From a virus: DNA of 64,000 nt. Positions 44,692 through 55,060 of the stretch are shown here, in pieces. The stretch is from IMG/VR virus record IMGVR_UViG_3300045988_124153. One strand, written 5' to 3'. Position 1 is the stretch's first letter. Every line of letters begins with the position of its first letter. A program made the translations under genes and the position numbers. The notes below the pieces were generated by a model that worked only from the letters and a program-made list of their open reading frames with translations, had not been told where the DNA came from and searched no databases.

Positions 44692-45393
44692 ATAAAATTA
44701 ATTCGGTAAAGGGGCGGACATAACGTCGATTACTCCTTGTACTTGTATCCAAATGATCTCCTTGGATGTTTATATCATAATACCACGAATAGGTAAATTG
44801 TGTAGATTGAGTGGATGTCCACATTTTATTACTCATTATCGTACCTCCTACCATTAAAAGGCATTCGTTTATTTCATTCGCATACAATGATATCAAAAAA
44901 ACTCTCCGGCGCCACCTACATATCCATTTTGACCATTTTTAAATAAATAGCTATTAGCTTTATTAAAAGCGTAATTTTCATTACTGGTATCATATTCAAG
45001 ATACGCATTCTGATTTTCACGCCCCCAATAATCCTTTTTAACGGTCTCCATATAAGAACTATTTTGTGCAAATACATTGTCTACTATTCCATTCTTACCC
45101 CAACTAAATGTGCCAATATATTCGGTGGCTATAACAAAACACACTTTATCTACAAGAGCTATTCCATTGCATAGATCATTGGAATATCCTTTATTAGACC
45201 AATTTTCTTTCGTATATAATCCTCCGTCTACATGTTGGATGTATATGCCTTTATTGATTATAAGCGAGGGATTTACCCCCATCCCTATTTGAAATCTTCG
45301 TCTCATGATTTTTGTTTGCAAGATAGCAATAATTGACAACATAAAAGAAACCGGTTCCCTATCATCTCTGACTGAGAACCGGTAAGAAAACAA
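44692..45393 (-). CDS. DUF1566/FISUMP-like carbohydrate-binding (tail-fibre-like) protein, split over two frames (track ORFs 44893-45393 and 44690-44896); C-terminal motif WTSTQ...YSWYYDI...RRYVRP
   Basis: The YWSST...AW...VRCV-like signature sits in the second piece. The printed sequence places the stop at 44692-44694; the track's 44690 and its W-containing translation cannot be reproduced exactly from the print. Confidence 0.4.
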
Positions 45394-45519
45394 TTTCAGA
45401 AAAAATTTAACCTACATAATCTTTCAAGTAAGAACAAAAAACGTACAATCTACTCTTTGACGATGCTAATATAGCATATTGGAATCATACAAAAACAATG
45501 CAAGTCCGATATTCTTCGT

Positions 45520-48500
45520 CTACTTGTAGCTAACATCATCGTCCCCTTCCGAATCAGGAGTAGCGCCGATGAAGAACATCATTGACTTGTTGTTCGTCTG
45601 CTGCCACCAATTATAGGCGCGCGCTACGTCTTCCGGCGTCTTGATATTATACCATTGTTTGATAAACGTCTGTTTGGCGAGTTGCCTAAATAACTTAAAC
45701 TCTCCTTTGTATGTGCCGGATGTTACTTTATCAAGTGAGTAATTCCTAAGATCAGTAAGATCCTTCAACTTCCGCCCCATGACAAACGGGTCGTTAATGA
45801 TATCTACAACGTTAAGCTCCATAATAAACGGCATCTGTGAAGCTATTTCGTTTATGGTTCTGAATCCGACATAGGATCCAAATTGAGTAAGCCAACTTTC
45901 TTCGTTTTCATCATCATCACGCCATCCGGCAAGAAGCATGGATACGGCTTGCATGATAAGGAACGTGCCGGCATAGACACTGAGACGTTTTATATTGGTT
46001 TTCTCTACCTCATTCATATTGTCTTTATTTTCGTTCCAGGCATCTATGATGTTTTTCATACCAGACTCGGAAGCTAAGCTAAATGTTTTGGCTATCATAT
46101 TCTTTAACGTAATTGACAGTCCTTCCTCTTCTTGCATTGTCTGGAAATTGAAGCCACGTCTTTTCCACAGACGTTGAGCCGCCAGCACCAACCATCCTCG
46201 GTGGGCGGTCATGAACCTGGCTATCCAGTTGCGCGATGCGGCAGTTCGGTTTTCTTCATTCAAAGATCCGTTACATATCTGCGACAAGCTACGAACTTGA
46301 TTTCTGGTTATAGCCATCTGGGTTTCAACTTCCTCAACAGTAACACCCGATCCTGGCTTTACAACCACCTTCCCATCCACGACGTCTACCATACTCCATA
46401 AAGTACGATCTTTTAATGCATTCCATTCTCTTTTTATGGTACTCTGTTCTTTATTACGTTCTTTTTCCATCTTGAAATCTTGGAACGTGTAGAACCGGCC
46501 TTTGTAATAACGAACATTGTCCATAGTAGCAATCATAACCTGCGGATCAAGAGGGTAGTTCAGGATTTCCATAAAAGCATACATAGGCGAACGCATTAAG
46601 GTCCTGGCCGCTCTATTGTATCCGGCACCATACATACGATTTCGGATATTGAATATCCCCATTCTCTCACCTATGACATATAATTTGCTTTTCCTATCTA
46701 TGTCTCCGGTTTCTGCTATACAAGATGGCGCAAGACGTGAAAACTCAGCCGATGCGTATTTAAGGGAGTCTTTGCTTATATACTGTCCTACGGCAGATTC
46801 CATGATGAGGTTGATATGACCTGTCAGGGCGCCGGTAGCTGCCACAAACGGAGACAGTGCCAAGTTCATAACCGACATAAATCTTTCAACAGCCATCATA
46901 ATTCTTGTAAGGTCTACCGTATATCCTCCGATGTTCACCGTAAGTTTTTTGGTGTTCATCCTAATGCCATAATAATGATCGTTGAAGAAGTCCCTGAACA
47001 TCTGATATGCTTGGGTTGCTTCAGCCTTCTTACCACCTTCAAATTGTTTGTTCAGCAACATCTGCTCCAGTCCTTGGGCAAGCTCTATAGACTTCTGCTT
47101 TTCATTGTATAACGATGACTGCATCATAAGCATCGAATAAGAGTAACCAAAATCGTGAGATACGTCATCTTGGTTCTCTAATTCATATATGTAGTATTTA
47201 GGTATGGACCGAACCCTATCTTCCGGATCATATACCTCACCCTGACGTGTTTTACCATACAGGGAGTCATCTACGCGGTCAAGACATAAGTCGGATACGA
47301 AGTTCCTGACCGTACTTTTAAGGTTAATACCTAACCCTTCTATACGTTCTATATCTTGTTTGGATATCTGTGGAATAGCATACAGATTAGGGCTCTGCTC
47401 TTTATATAGATCAAGGGATTGTCTTTTTATTTCCTTGAGTTTTTGAATCATATTCCACTGCTCTACGTTTTTAGTAGCGACCTCATTACCATCAGCATCA
47501 TATTTGATACCAAAGTCATTGAGATACGATTCATCACGATACAGGCTCTTCTTGGGCATACGATGACCATACCCGTGGTCTTTTACATAATCAGGATTAC
47601 GACCGCTATTTTCGGCTTCAGATTCAGCCACCCATGCCCTTGCAGGGTCGAAAGACAGGTACGATATGTCCATGCCATAATCTTGGGTGGATGTACCGTT
47701 TTGTACGTCCTTAACCATCTGCGCCACATCTATCTCACCTCGACCGATTTTGTCGATCATAGCCGCATATCCAGTAGGCGCCATGCGTTTATAGTACGAA
47801 AAGACCTGGCTCCTGGCAAATTCATTAACAATAGCATTAGCCTCTTCTATACCTGATTCTCTTGTGTTATTTAAAAACAAGCTGGCCATTTTAGCATTGA
47901 CGGCATTCCTAAAATCTCTACCGTCTAATTCTTTGCTTATTCCAAGCTTTTCTGACAAGTAGTTGGTTTCAGATACGGTAAACAGATACCGGTTATCAAC
48001 AGCTTTGAATAACTTATCCCTTAAGGCTTGAATCCTTTTTGCTTTCTTCGCCGTAGTATGACGTTGTACGAACTTCCATTCCACTTCCTTGGAGTCAGCA
48101 AGAGCATTTAAATAAGACTGATTTACTTCGTTTTCAGCCTTACTGCTTTTAGTAAGGTACTTATCAATATCTTCAAGACCCACCATCTTAGCATAATCTA
48201 TTAAGATAGCGTAATCGGCTTCAATAGCTTCAGATGCGGCCCTAAAAGCATCTCTTTCAGATGAGGTAAATGTCGCTTCGTTAATTTCTCCGATATCAGC
48301 CACATCGCGATTGTTTCCGATTATTTCCTTGATAATGGCCTTATTTTTTTCTATATCTTTTACAATCGAGTCCACGTCAGTCGCATCTCTATCACTTGTC
48401 GTAGAACTAATGATGTCTTGTGCCATTTTAAGATACGAAGCCTTGTTATTTGATTCGGTACGCGCCGATTGTTCTGATTCTACGTCATTCCAAAACCGAT

Positions 48501-51500
48501 CGTTGAATGACAGGTGCCCCCCCAACATAAGTGTCTTCAGCGCAGCTTCTCCTCCTGACTCGTTCTGAATCGTTCTCAATTTTTGCAAAAACGATTCTGA
48601 TACGACATTAGTGACATTATTTGATTCCTTTCTCCAAACTTCATTTATAGCTTGTATTTCTTTGGCCATCTTAAGTTGGTCGCCGGTTTTTTCCACTCTC
48701 CTGGTTCCTACATATATGTATTCTGAAGCTGCTTCTTTACGTTGTTTACGAAGCAGTCCTTCTTCTTCGTAATTGCTGCTTTTAAAATAGGAGGCCTCAT
48801 CAAAATTACCACCGCTATCAATAAAAGGCTGCCTCAATATCCGTTTTTGCCTGGATAGAGCATTAAGATATTCTTTGGTTGTTTGAGAAACTGGATGCCC
48901 TAATTCTTCTTCAGCCTTTTTGTATATGGATTCCATTCTTGTGGCATAACTTTCGCTAAATTCCAGTTCCGAATTTTCAGCATCCCACTTTTCCATCTGT
49001 TCCGTATAGATCTTTTCCTGCTCGATGGTAAAAATATCGGTATTAACTCTATCAGACGATGGTTTGAATTTAGCGTTTTCAGTAACCGTATTTCCATCCT
49101 TGTCAACTACTTCTCTTTTAAATACGTAATTACGGTTATTGTCAACCACATCATTGATTTCTTCTTCTGATATCTCTATGTTCATGGCAGTCGCAAACGC
49201 TCGCATCTGCGCCAGCTTCTTATTACGATCGTATTTAGCCATATCAAGAGCACTACGAAGGTAATTAGAAGTTTTGCCGTCTACTTTCTGAAGCAGTTTT
49301 TCAAATTCAGATTTGTTAAAACCATGCTTTTTAGCATATGCCAGGAAGTCGGATATGGCGGGCTGGGCATTCACCATCGCATTGTAATTGTCTTTGGCAA
49401 TCATAGCTCCAAGAGCGTTATTGAACGGACTGGAAGAATGCTCTAATATACCAAACCACCTACTTATCCAAGAAACATCATGTTGAACTTTGTCAAAAAA
49501 TTCTTTTACTCTCTTTACCTTATTTGCCGGCACATGAAGTTCGTTCATTAACTTATCAAGCAACGTACTTTCATCAAGGTCTTGTACTGATTTAATATCA
49601 GACTGAATACCATTGATGTCGGCAATGACGGTATTGATCCTATTTGTATAATCCTGCTTTTCACGTTCATCAAATTCGGTACTTCTGTTACGGATATATC
49701 CTCGAAGATCGTTCATGATCGGAAGAACCTGATTGTTGATAATATCTACGTTCTTTCGATCATTGGTATTGAAGTGAAGCTTACCGTCTTTGGTATCACC
49801 ATGAAGGATGGTGTTCACCACATTGCTTAAGTATCTGACCTGAGCTTCGGCTGTGGAGATCATGCTGTTCATGGCAGCCGCCATCTCATTCTTGTCTATC
49901 TCGGTCTCTACTTTATTTATCTTATCTTCTATGGTCTTAAGCTGAGCAAGGGTCATAGACGTAGTTACAGCCCTATCAGAGCTTATCTGACGTAAGTCTC
50001 TTAATGTTTTTCTTAGCGATCTGATCTTAGACTCAAGAAACTTGTTCTTGTTCATAGAAGAAAGGGAGTATAATGTAAAGTCATTATCCTTTAACAGAGA
50101 AGTGTCAAATCCTTTATCTATGTCAGTAATGGCAAGATCACGAATGTTTTTAATAACGTTATTCAAATCTTGTCTTTGGGTTGATAAAGCTGATTTAAGC
50201 CAGCTTACTATTCCAGAGAAAAGCCGCCGGACGCGCCCCAGGAAGGAGGTGGGCTCTACCGGCGCCTGTGCTGTGCCGGTCTGCATCTCCCTGGCGAGGA
50301 TCTTTCCAAGAATTTCTCTCCTAACAGCATTATCAAGCTCAGCTCCTTCATATACTTTACCGTATGTATTATAATACTGACCTGCATATTGGTTCCACTC
50401 TTCCGTACCTTCCACATCTTGCAGAACAGCCTCAACAGCATTCTGATCTCTGTATGCCTCTACAAGGAAGTGGGCTGTTTCTTCTACTAAATCAGATAAA
50501 GTAGCATCTTCACCAACTGCTATTACGTTATTGGCAATATCCGCCAATGCCTTAGCAGAAGGTTCATGCCCGTATTTGGTTTGGTACTTCTCTATATAGT
50601 CGGTCATACCTATGACGCTAACGCCAAGAGTTTTCAGTATCTCGACAATAGAATTTCGTTGGTCACGTTCCTGCCTGCTATAATCCGATACGATCTTAGC
50701 TTTAGTATCAGCATAAAGATCGTTGTCTTCTAATATGAATGAAACTACAAGCGCATCAAAATGATCGTACTTGGCGTCCAATTCATTGTATCTTCCTGAC
50801 TTAAGATCGTTCTTTATCTGCTCCCTGCTAACCCTTTCCGTTCCTCCGGTGGCGAGCCTCATAGTCACCTTACTGTTATCCAACGAGCTTATGGTTATCA
50901 TACCTTGGTCGTTCATGGAAACATCGGAACCAAAATGATTACGGAGCTCGGTGTAGGATAAGGCTGAATTGAAAAGTCTAATTTGTCCTGTATGACCTTC
51001 TCCTGTAAGATAATAGCTTCTTGTTTCAGGATTGAATATCTTAGATCCTGACAAAAGACCTTTCTTTATAAGGTAGTTAATTATACCACCTTTTGTTGAT
51101 AAAGAAGTAGAAGCAGACGCGGTCATGACCGGTATAAAAGACTTGGGATTATTAAGAACATACTTTCCAGCTTTGTAAGTAATGTCTGCCACGCCATCCA
51201 CGGTAGATTCTTGAACGGTGCCTGATAAGAATCCTATTCTAATATCATTCCCGCCAGAGCGAAGAGCTTCTCCGTAATCTTCAAATAATTGACTACGATC
51301 GTTCATGAAAAACAAACGAGGCTCTCCGGTCTGATACGTTACACCCACAGGATTAGAATCTGTCTCTGGTAGCTCTTCTGGGCTAAATATCTTAAGACCG
51401 TCTTTTATAACCATATAATTAACACCCTTATCCTGTACCATAGATACGGGAGTAAAGTCCGAAGATATAGCATCTTGTAGATACTGCCCGGCGTCTATTC

Positions 51501-51942
51501 CCGGTCCTTCCGGTACGGAAATACTTGACGGGACCATAGCATCCACCAACATAATATTATTACCCAGATTTTGGCTGTAGAATCCAAAGCCCGATTCTTG
51601 GATTTCATAAGGTGCATCTGATTTTGACACAAGAACAGGGTTACTCATCTTAGAAGCCTTATCCAGCACCCTTTCTCTATAGGCCTCCGGAATAAGATCG
51701 ATGTCGGATTTTACCTTATTATAAGCCGGTTTGTTGATAGGCACTCTCTTTCTCCAGTCGCCAAAAGCCTTTAAGAACTTATTAGAAAATACGGTTTTAA
51801 AAACAGTAGTAGCCCGTTCCCTATTCTCCATAAGAGGAATAGATGCTATTTTATCAAACAACATAGACCTGTCCCCTGATCTGGTAGAGACAGAAACAAC
51901 TTTCTTTTTATTATCTCTTTTAATAATACACGTTGATGTCAT
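45520..51942 (-). CDS. Giant 2140-aa protein, virion-associated or structural candidate; no catalytic motif recognised
   Basis: Single uninterrupted ORF in the late, minus-strand module upstream of tail-fibre-like genes; no D.DGD-type RNA-polymerase motif found by eye. Confidence 0.6.
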   Translation of the reverse strand: MTSTCIIKRDNKKKVVSVSTRSGDRSMLFDKIASIPLMENRERATTVFKTVFSNKFLKAFGDWRKRVPINKPAYNKVKSDIDLIPEAYRERVLDKASKMSNPVLVSKSDAPYEIQESGFGFYSQNLGNNIMLVDAMVPSSISVPEGPGIDAGQYLQDAISSDFTPVSMVQDKGVNYMVIKDGLKIFSPEELPETDSNPVGVTYQTGEPRLFFMNDRSQLFEDYGEALRSGGNDIRIGFLSGTVQESTVDGVADITYKAGKYVLNNPKSFIPVMTASASTSLSTKGGIINYLIKKGLLSGSKIFNPETRSYYLTGEGHTGQIRLFNSALSYTELRNHFGSDVSMNDQGMITISSLDNSKVTMRLATGGTERVSREQIKNDLKSGRYNELDAKYDHFDALVVSFILEDNDLYADTKAKIVSDYSRQERDQRNSIVEILKTLGVSVIGMTDYIEKYQTKYGHEPSAKALADIANNVIAVGEDATLSDLVEETAHFLVEAYRDQNAVEAVLQDVEGTEEWNQYAGQYYNTYGKVYEGAELDNAVRREILGKILAREMQTGTAQAPVEPTSFLGRVRRLFSGIVSWLKSALSTQRQDLNNVIKNIRDLAITDIDKGFDTSLLKDNDFTLYSLSSMNKNKFLESKIRSLRKTLRDLRQISSDRAVTTSMTLAQLKTIEDKINKVETEIDKNEMAAAMNSMISTAEAQVRYLSNVVNTILHGDTKDGKLHFNTNDRKNVDIINNQVLPIMNDLRGYIRNRSTEFDEREKQDYTNRINTVIADINGIQSDIKSVQDLDESTLLDKLMNELHVPANKVKRVKEFFDKVQHDVSWISRWFGILEHSSSPFNNALGAMIAKDNYNAMVNAQPAISDFLAYAKKHGFNKSEFEKLLQKVDGKTSNYLRSALDMAKYDRNKKLAQMRAFATAMNIEISEEEINDVVDNNRNYVFKREVVDKDGNTVTENAKFKPSSDRVNTDIFTIEQEKIYTEQMEKWDAENSELEFSESYATRMESIYKKAEEELGHPVSQTTKEYLNALSRQKRILRQPFIDSGGNFDEASYFKSSNYEEEGLLRKQRKEAASEYIYVGTRRVEKTGDQLKMAKEIQAINEVWRKESNNVTNVVSESFLQKLRTIQNESGGEAALKTLMLGGHLSFNDRFWNDVESEQSARTESNNKASYLKMAQDIISSTTSDRDATDVDSIVKDIEKNKAIIKEIIGNNRDVADIGEINEATFTSSERDAFRAASEAIEADYAILIDYAKMVGLEDIDKYLTKSSKAENEVNQSYLNALADSKEVEWKFVQRHTTAKKAKRIQALRDKLFKAVDNRYLFTVSETNYLSEKLGISKELDGRDFRNAVNAKMASLFLNNTRESGIEEANAIVNEFARSQVFSYYKRMAPTGYAAMIDKIGRGEIDVAQMVKDVQNGTSTQDYGMDISYLSFDPARAWVAESEAENSGRNPDYVKDHGYGHRMPKKSLYRDESYLNDFGIKYDADGNEVATKNVEQWNMIQKLKEIKRQSLDLYKEQSPNLYAIPQISKQDIERIEGLGINLKSTVRNFVSDLCLDRVDDSLYGKTRQGEVYDPEDRVRSIPKYYIYELENQDDVSHDFGYSYSMLMMQSSLYNEKQKSIELAQGLEQMLLNKQFEGGKKAEATQAYQMFRDFFNDHYYGIRMNTKKLTVNIGGYTVDLTRIMMAVERFMSVMNLALSPFVAATGALTGHINLIMESAVGQYISKDSLKYASAEFSRLAPSCIAETGDIDRKSKLYVIGERMGIFNIRNRMYGAGYNRAARTLMRSPMYAFMEILNYPLDPQVMIATMDNVRYYKGRFYTFQDFKMEKERNKEQSTIKREWNALKDRTLWSMVDVVDGKVVVKPGSGVTVEEVETQMAITRNQVRSLSQICNGSLNEENRTAASRNWIARFMTAHRGWLVLAAQRLWKRRGFNFQTMQEEEGLSITLKNMIAKTFSLASESGMKNIIDAWNENKDNMNEVEKTNIKRLSVYAGTFLIMQAVSMLLAGWRDDDENEESWLTQFGSYVGFRTINEIASQMPFIMELNVVDIINDPFVMGRKLKDLTDLRNYSLDKVTSGTYKGEFKLFRQLAKQTFIKQWYNIKTPEDVARAYNWWQQTNNKSMMFFIGATPDSEGDDDVSYK

Positions 51943-51989
51943 AGTAAAACATTTTTGTTATAAGACAAAGGTAGTTAAAAATCAAGCAT

Positions 51990-52032
51990 ATCATAAAAAA
52001 TAAAGCCATCTAACTTCTCAGTCTGATGGCTT
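51990..52032 (-). terminator. Intrinsic terminator on the minus strand (AAGCCATC-loop-GATGGCTT, then U-run)
   Basis: 8-bp stem; the reverse complement is followed by TTATTTTTT; lies downstream of gene 52088-52411. Confidence 0.55.
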
Positions 52033-52421
52033 AAAAATAATATAAAAAAAAAATAATTATAACTTGACGCCAATTGTCAAGTTCGGCTTATATGTAATGC
52101 ATGTACCCATCTCGGTGTATAAACCTTCCCGATTCAAAGCGCTCAATATCTTCAGGGCAAATAGGGCCCGAATCTTCTCTCCTGGCCTCAAACCAAAGCC
52201 CCGGCTTGCGAAGTCGGCAAGTTATGATATAATTGAAGCAATTGTGCGTAAAATGGAAAACAGACCCTACAGGGAAATACCTATCAGCTTGAAATACGAT
52301 TCTTTTTCGTTTAGTATCAAACGTGATATCCCCTACTATCTTAGCCACGTAATAGCTTCTGCCATTTAACGTTTCATCTGTCTGCGGTATCCAATAATAA
52401 CCTCTTGCCATGCCACAAATA

Positions 52422-52454
52422 TAAAAAAAAGTCGGATAACTTACGTACCCGACT
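52422..52454 (-). terminator. Intrinsic terminator on the minus strand (AGTCGG-loop-CCGACT, then U8)
   Basis: 6-bp stem preceded on the + strand by A8, so U8 on the - strand; overlaps the stop of gene 52441-52767. Confidence 0.5.
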
Positions 52455-53470
52455 TTATTATTTGTTTAAATAGACCAGTTCCGTCTATTATAATATGACC
52501 GTTTCTCATGCGGTCATTATTTGGGTTATAGAGAAAGTTAAGACCATCCACTTTCTCTTGTTTTTCAAAAGAGTTGATATCCTTTCCTCTACTTGCCCTA
52601 TCAAAAGCCTTCTTAAACAATTTGCCTCTGAAAGTCATAATAATCTTTCTGGTAGCGCTATTCCCGGCTTTTACCATTGTTTTCCTTGTCTGGTCCTCCG
52701 AGACAAAACTGCTTCGGAAAACATACGATGCTGCTGCTTGTATATCCTGCTTGGTAATCATATGCAAAACATTCCTTTCAGAATACTGGTCTTTATTCCG
52801 TATATCAATTTCATGTTATCTCTATCATATACGCCAAAAAGGATTCACTGGGGTCCTTTGGATTTACGCTCAGTTGAATTATGCAATTGTAAAGATAGAC
52901 CTTAAGTTCATAATTATCAGAGTATCTATCCTGTATGTTTTCAAATGTCTTAATTAATTCTTCAACAAGTACTCTGCTAAATGAAAAAGGTTCTCTACAA
53001 TCACCTTTAAATATGATATGATTTAAATCATTGGTATTATCAAATTCGTACTCTACCCGACTGTCGTCCATCATATCATAAGTGATTGACTTTTTGATTT
53101 TAAATCCCATATTATTTTGTTTTTTAGTTAATATAGATCTTCTGAATACAATTGTTCTCTAATGGCACTCCTATCTACTACCATTTCCTGATTATTGCTC
53201 TTAACAAGTTCAGATGCTTCCTCTCTTGTTAAAAACTGATTCTTGCTTGTCAAAAATCCTTGAACACTACAGTTTTTATGGGCTATACCGTATGCCGCAA
53301 GTTGAGATAGTATAGAGGGGTGTCTCAATCCACAAAATACGGTTCCAGATGGTATATTGGTGGGCTGATGAGGACGCTTCTTGCCGTCCTGCACCCAGAT
53401 GGCCGCGCATATTACTATTTCTTTATTATACATGATACGTTTTTCTATTAAATTTATTAAATATATTCAT

Positions 53471-54704
53471 TTACTTTAATATAATCGGATGCCTCTTCCC
53501 TCTAATGAGTTTAAACTTTTTGCGTGAAACATCTTTTGAATTTTCTCCGTTGAAATCCCTGATATTGAAACTCCCTGATTTTCTCCTTCCATAAACAAAT
53601 AATATTTTATTGTTATACAACACTTTATCAAACAATCTAAAACCGAAAACCTCAAAAGGAGCTTGATTGTTTTTCTTCTTTCCTCCTTTTAAAATTTTCA
53701 TTTTATGTATTTGCCTGTTATGTCTACGAATTAAACGTTTTAAATATTGACGTTCGATTCGTTTCGCATTAATGTTCATAGAAATGACAAACGCGTCGGA
53801 TGTATGGGATTTTTTCAATACCGTATTTAATCCGATTATGTTTCGTAATGTAACCAAACGTCATAGAAACTCTGTCGTATCTGGATCTCAGTTCTTCATA
53901 CAACTTCCATTTCATGATCCCCATTACGGCCGCGTCGCGGAGCGACGATCCCCGTTTGATCTTCAAATCTATATTACCTTTATGGTATTCTTTGTGACAA
54001 GTTTCACATAAGGTAATAAGATTAGAAGGGGAATCACCTCCCGTTTTTCGGGATTCAAGATGATGGACATTAAGGATCTTATCTTTTGACTTCCCTTTAC
54101 AATACTGACATTTATGCCCATCCCTTGCTAAAACATACTCCCTTGTGTTCCAAAATCCAAGTTGATCACCTTCCTGGTATTCTTTACCTAATATTTCAGG
54201 ATTCTTAATCTTTTGAGTATCAAATTGAGCTACTTCAATAACAATACGAGATATTGGTAATATAGAACATACATTGTCAATAACACGAATATGGGCGTCT
54301 ATTTTGTACTTCACCGAAGGTGCTACCCATCCAGGACGCTTACTTTTTATTCTGTTATCGAAACGAGGTTTTCTATACCTCAATCTATTCCGTCTTGTTC
54401 TTCGTAGCTCCCTTCTGGTAGACAAAAGATCTACGATATCATTTCTAAGGATAACTTCACTACTGTAAAGTTCTTTGCTTTTCGTCGTAGCTGATAAACC
54501 AACATGTTTAGTACCAGCATCAACGCCTAACACAATTTCCTGTTTGTAATCAGATGTTACGTACGTTAATCGGATGGTAAACGGACATAGGTTCACAACG
54601 ACTGCCTTTTTATCTTTAAGCAGTCTCCTAACCTTACCATGCCTCGTTGTTGGCATCATAGGTTTACCATCTATGTCTTGTACGTACACCATATCTACAA
54701 ACAT
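53471..54704 (-). CDS. iscB: IscB-like RNA-guided nuclease: PLMP (DGKPMMPT), RuvC-I (LGVDAGTKHVGLS), Arg-rich bridge helix (RRELRRTRRNRLRYR), RuvC-II (IVIEVAQFD), HNH (CQYC...HH...GGD...LC..CH), RuvC-III (KKSHTSDAFVI) and a TI-like C-terminus; a +1 frame change near 53838-53843 separates the 311-aa and 128-aa track ORFs
   Basis: All IscB hallmark motifs in order across two frames; the junction maps between ...FGYITK and IIGLNTVLKKSH. Confidence 0.75.
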
Positions 54705-55060
54705 TTTTAATGTTTATTCAACATAAGTCAGGAATATTTCATCCTGTTAGTACCCATCGCCAATGTTATAAGAGGTTTTATATAATGGCAACACTGTTTC
54801 GTCAAATACACTACTCCTGTTTAATCACCATCCTTAGAGCTACGGACTTGGGCAAACATCCGTAGGTAACTATCTATTCTCAAATAACGTAGCCTTCGTT
54901 TCAAGGCTTAGGCTAATATCCGGACCATTTATGGTACATTAAAACCTTATAATGAAATTATATTGTTTTAATGTTATTTCGGATATCAATATATTTACGT
55001 CAAACATACAGATATACTTTTTACCCCAATCGATTCTTTTTATCTTACGACCTAATTTAA
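54705..55060 (-). ncRNA. Putative omega-RNA region upstream of iscB: non-coding, with several stable hairpins (CTACGGA...TCCGTAG 54840-54865; AGCCTT...AAGGCT 54891-54908)
   Basis: About 370 nt with no ORF immediately 5' of iscB on the same strand, as expected for IscB omega-RNA; structure inferred by eye only. Confidence 0.35.

Noticed and set aside
5280-50300. GC-rich islands as DGR variable or template repeats
   Set aside because: No reverse transcriptase ORF (no YxDD-type motif) in the window, and the islands show no similarity to each other by eye.
45520-51942. Giant protein as a virion RNA polymerase
   Set aside because: No D.DGD or NADFDGD-like metal-binding motif was found; the closest string is DADGN.
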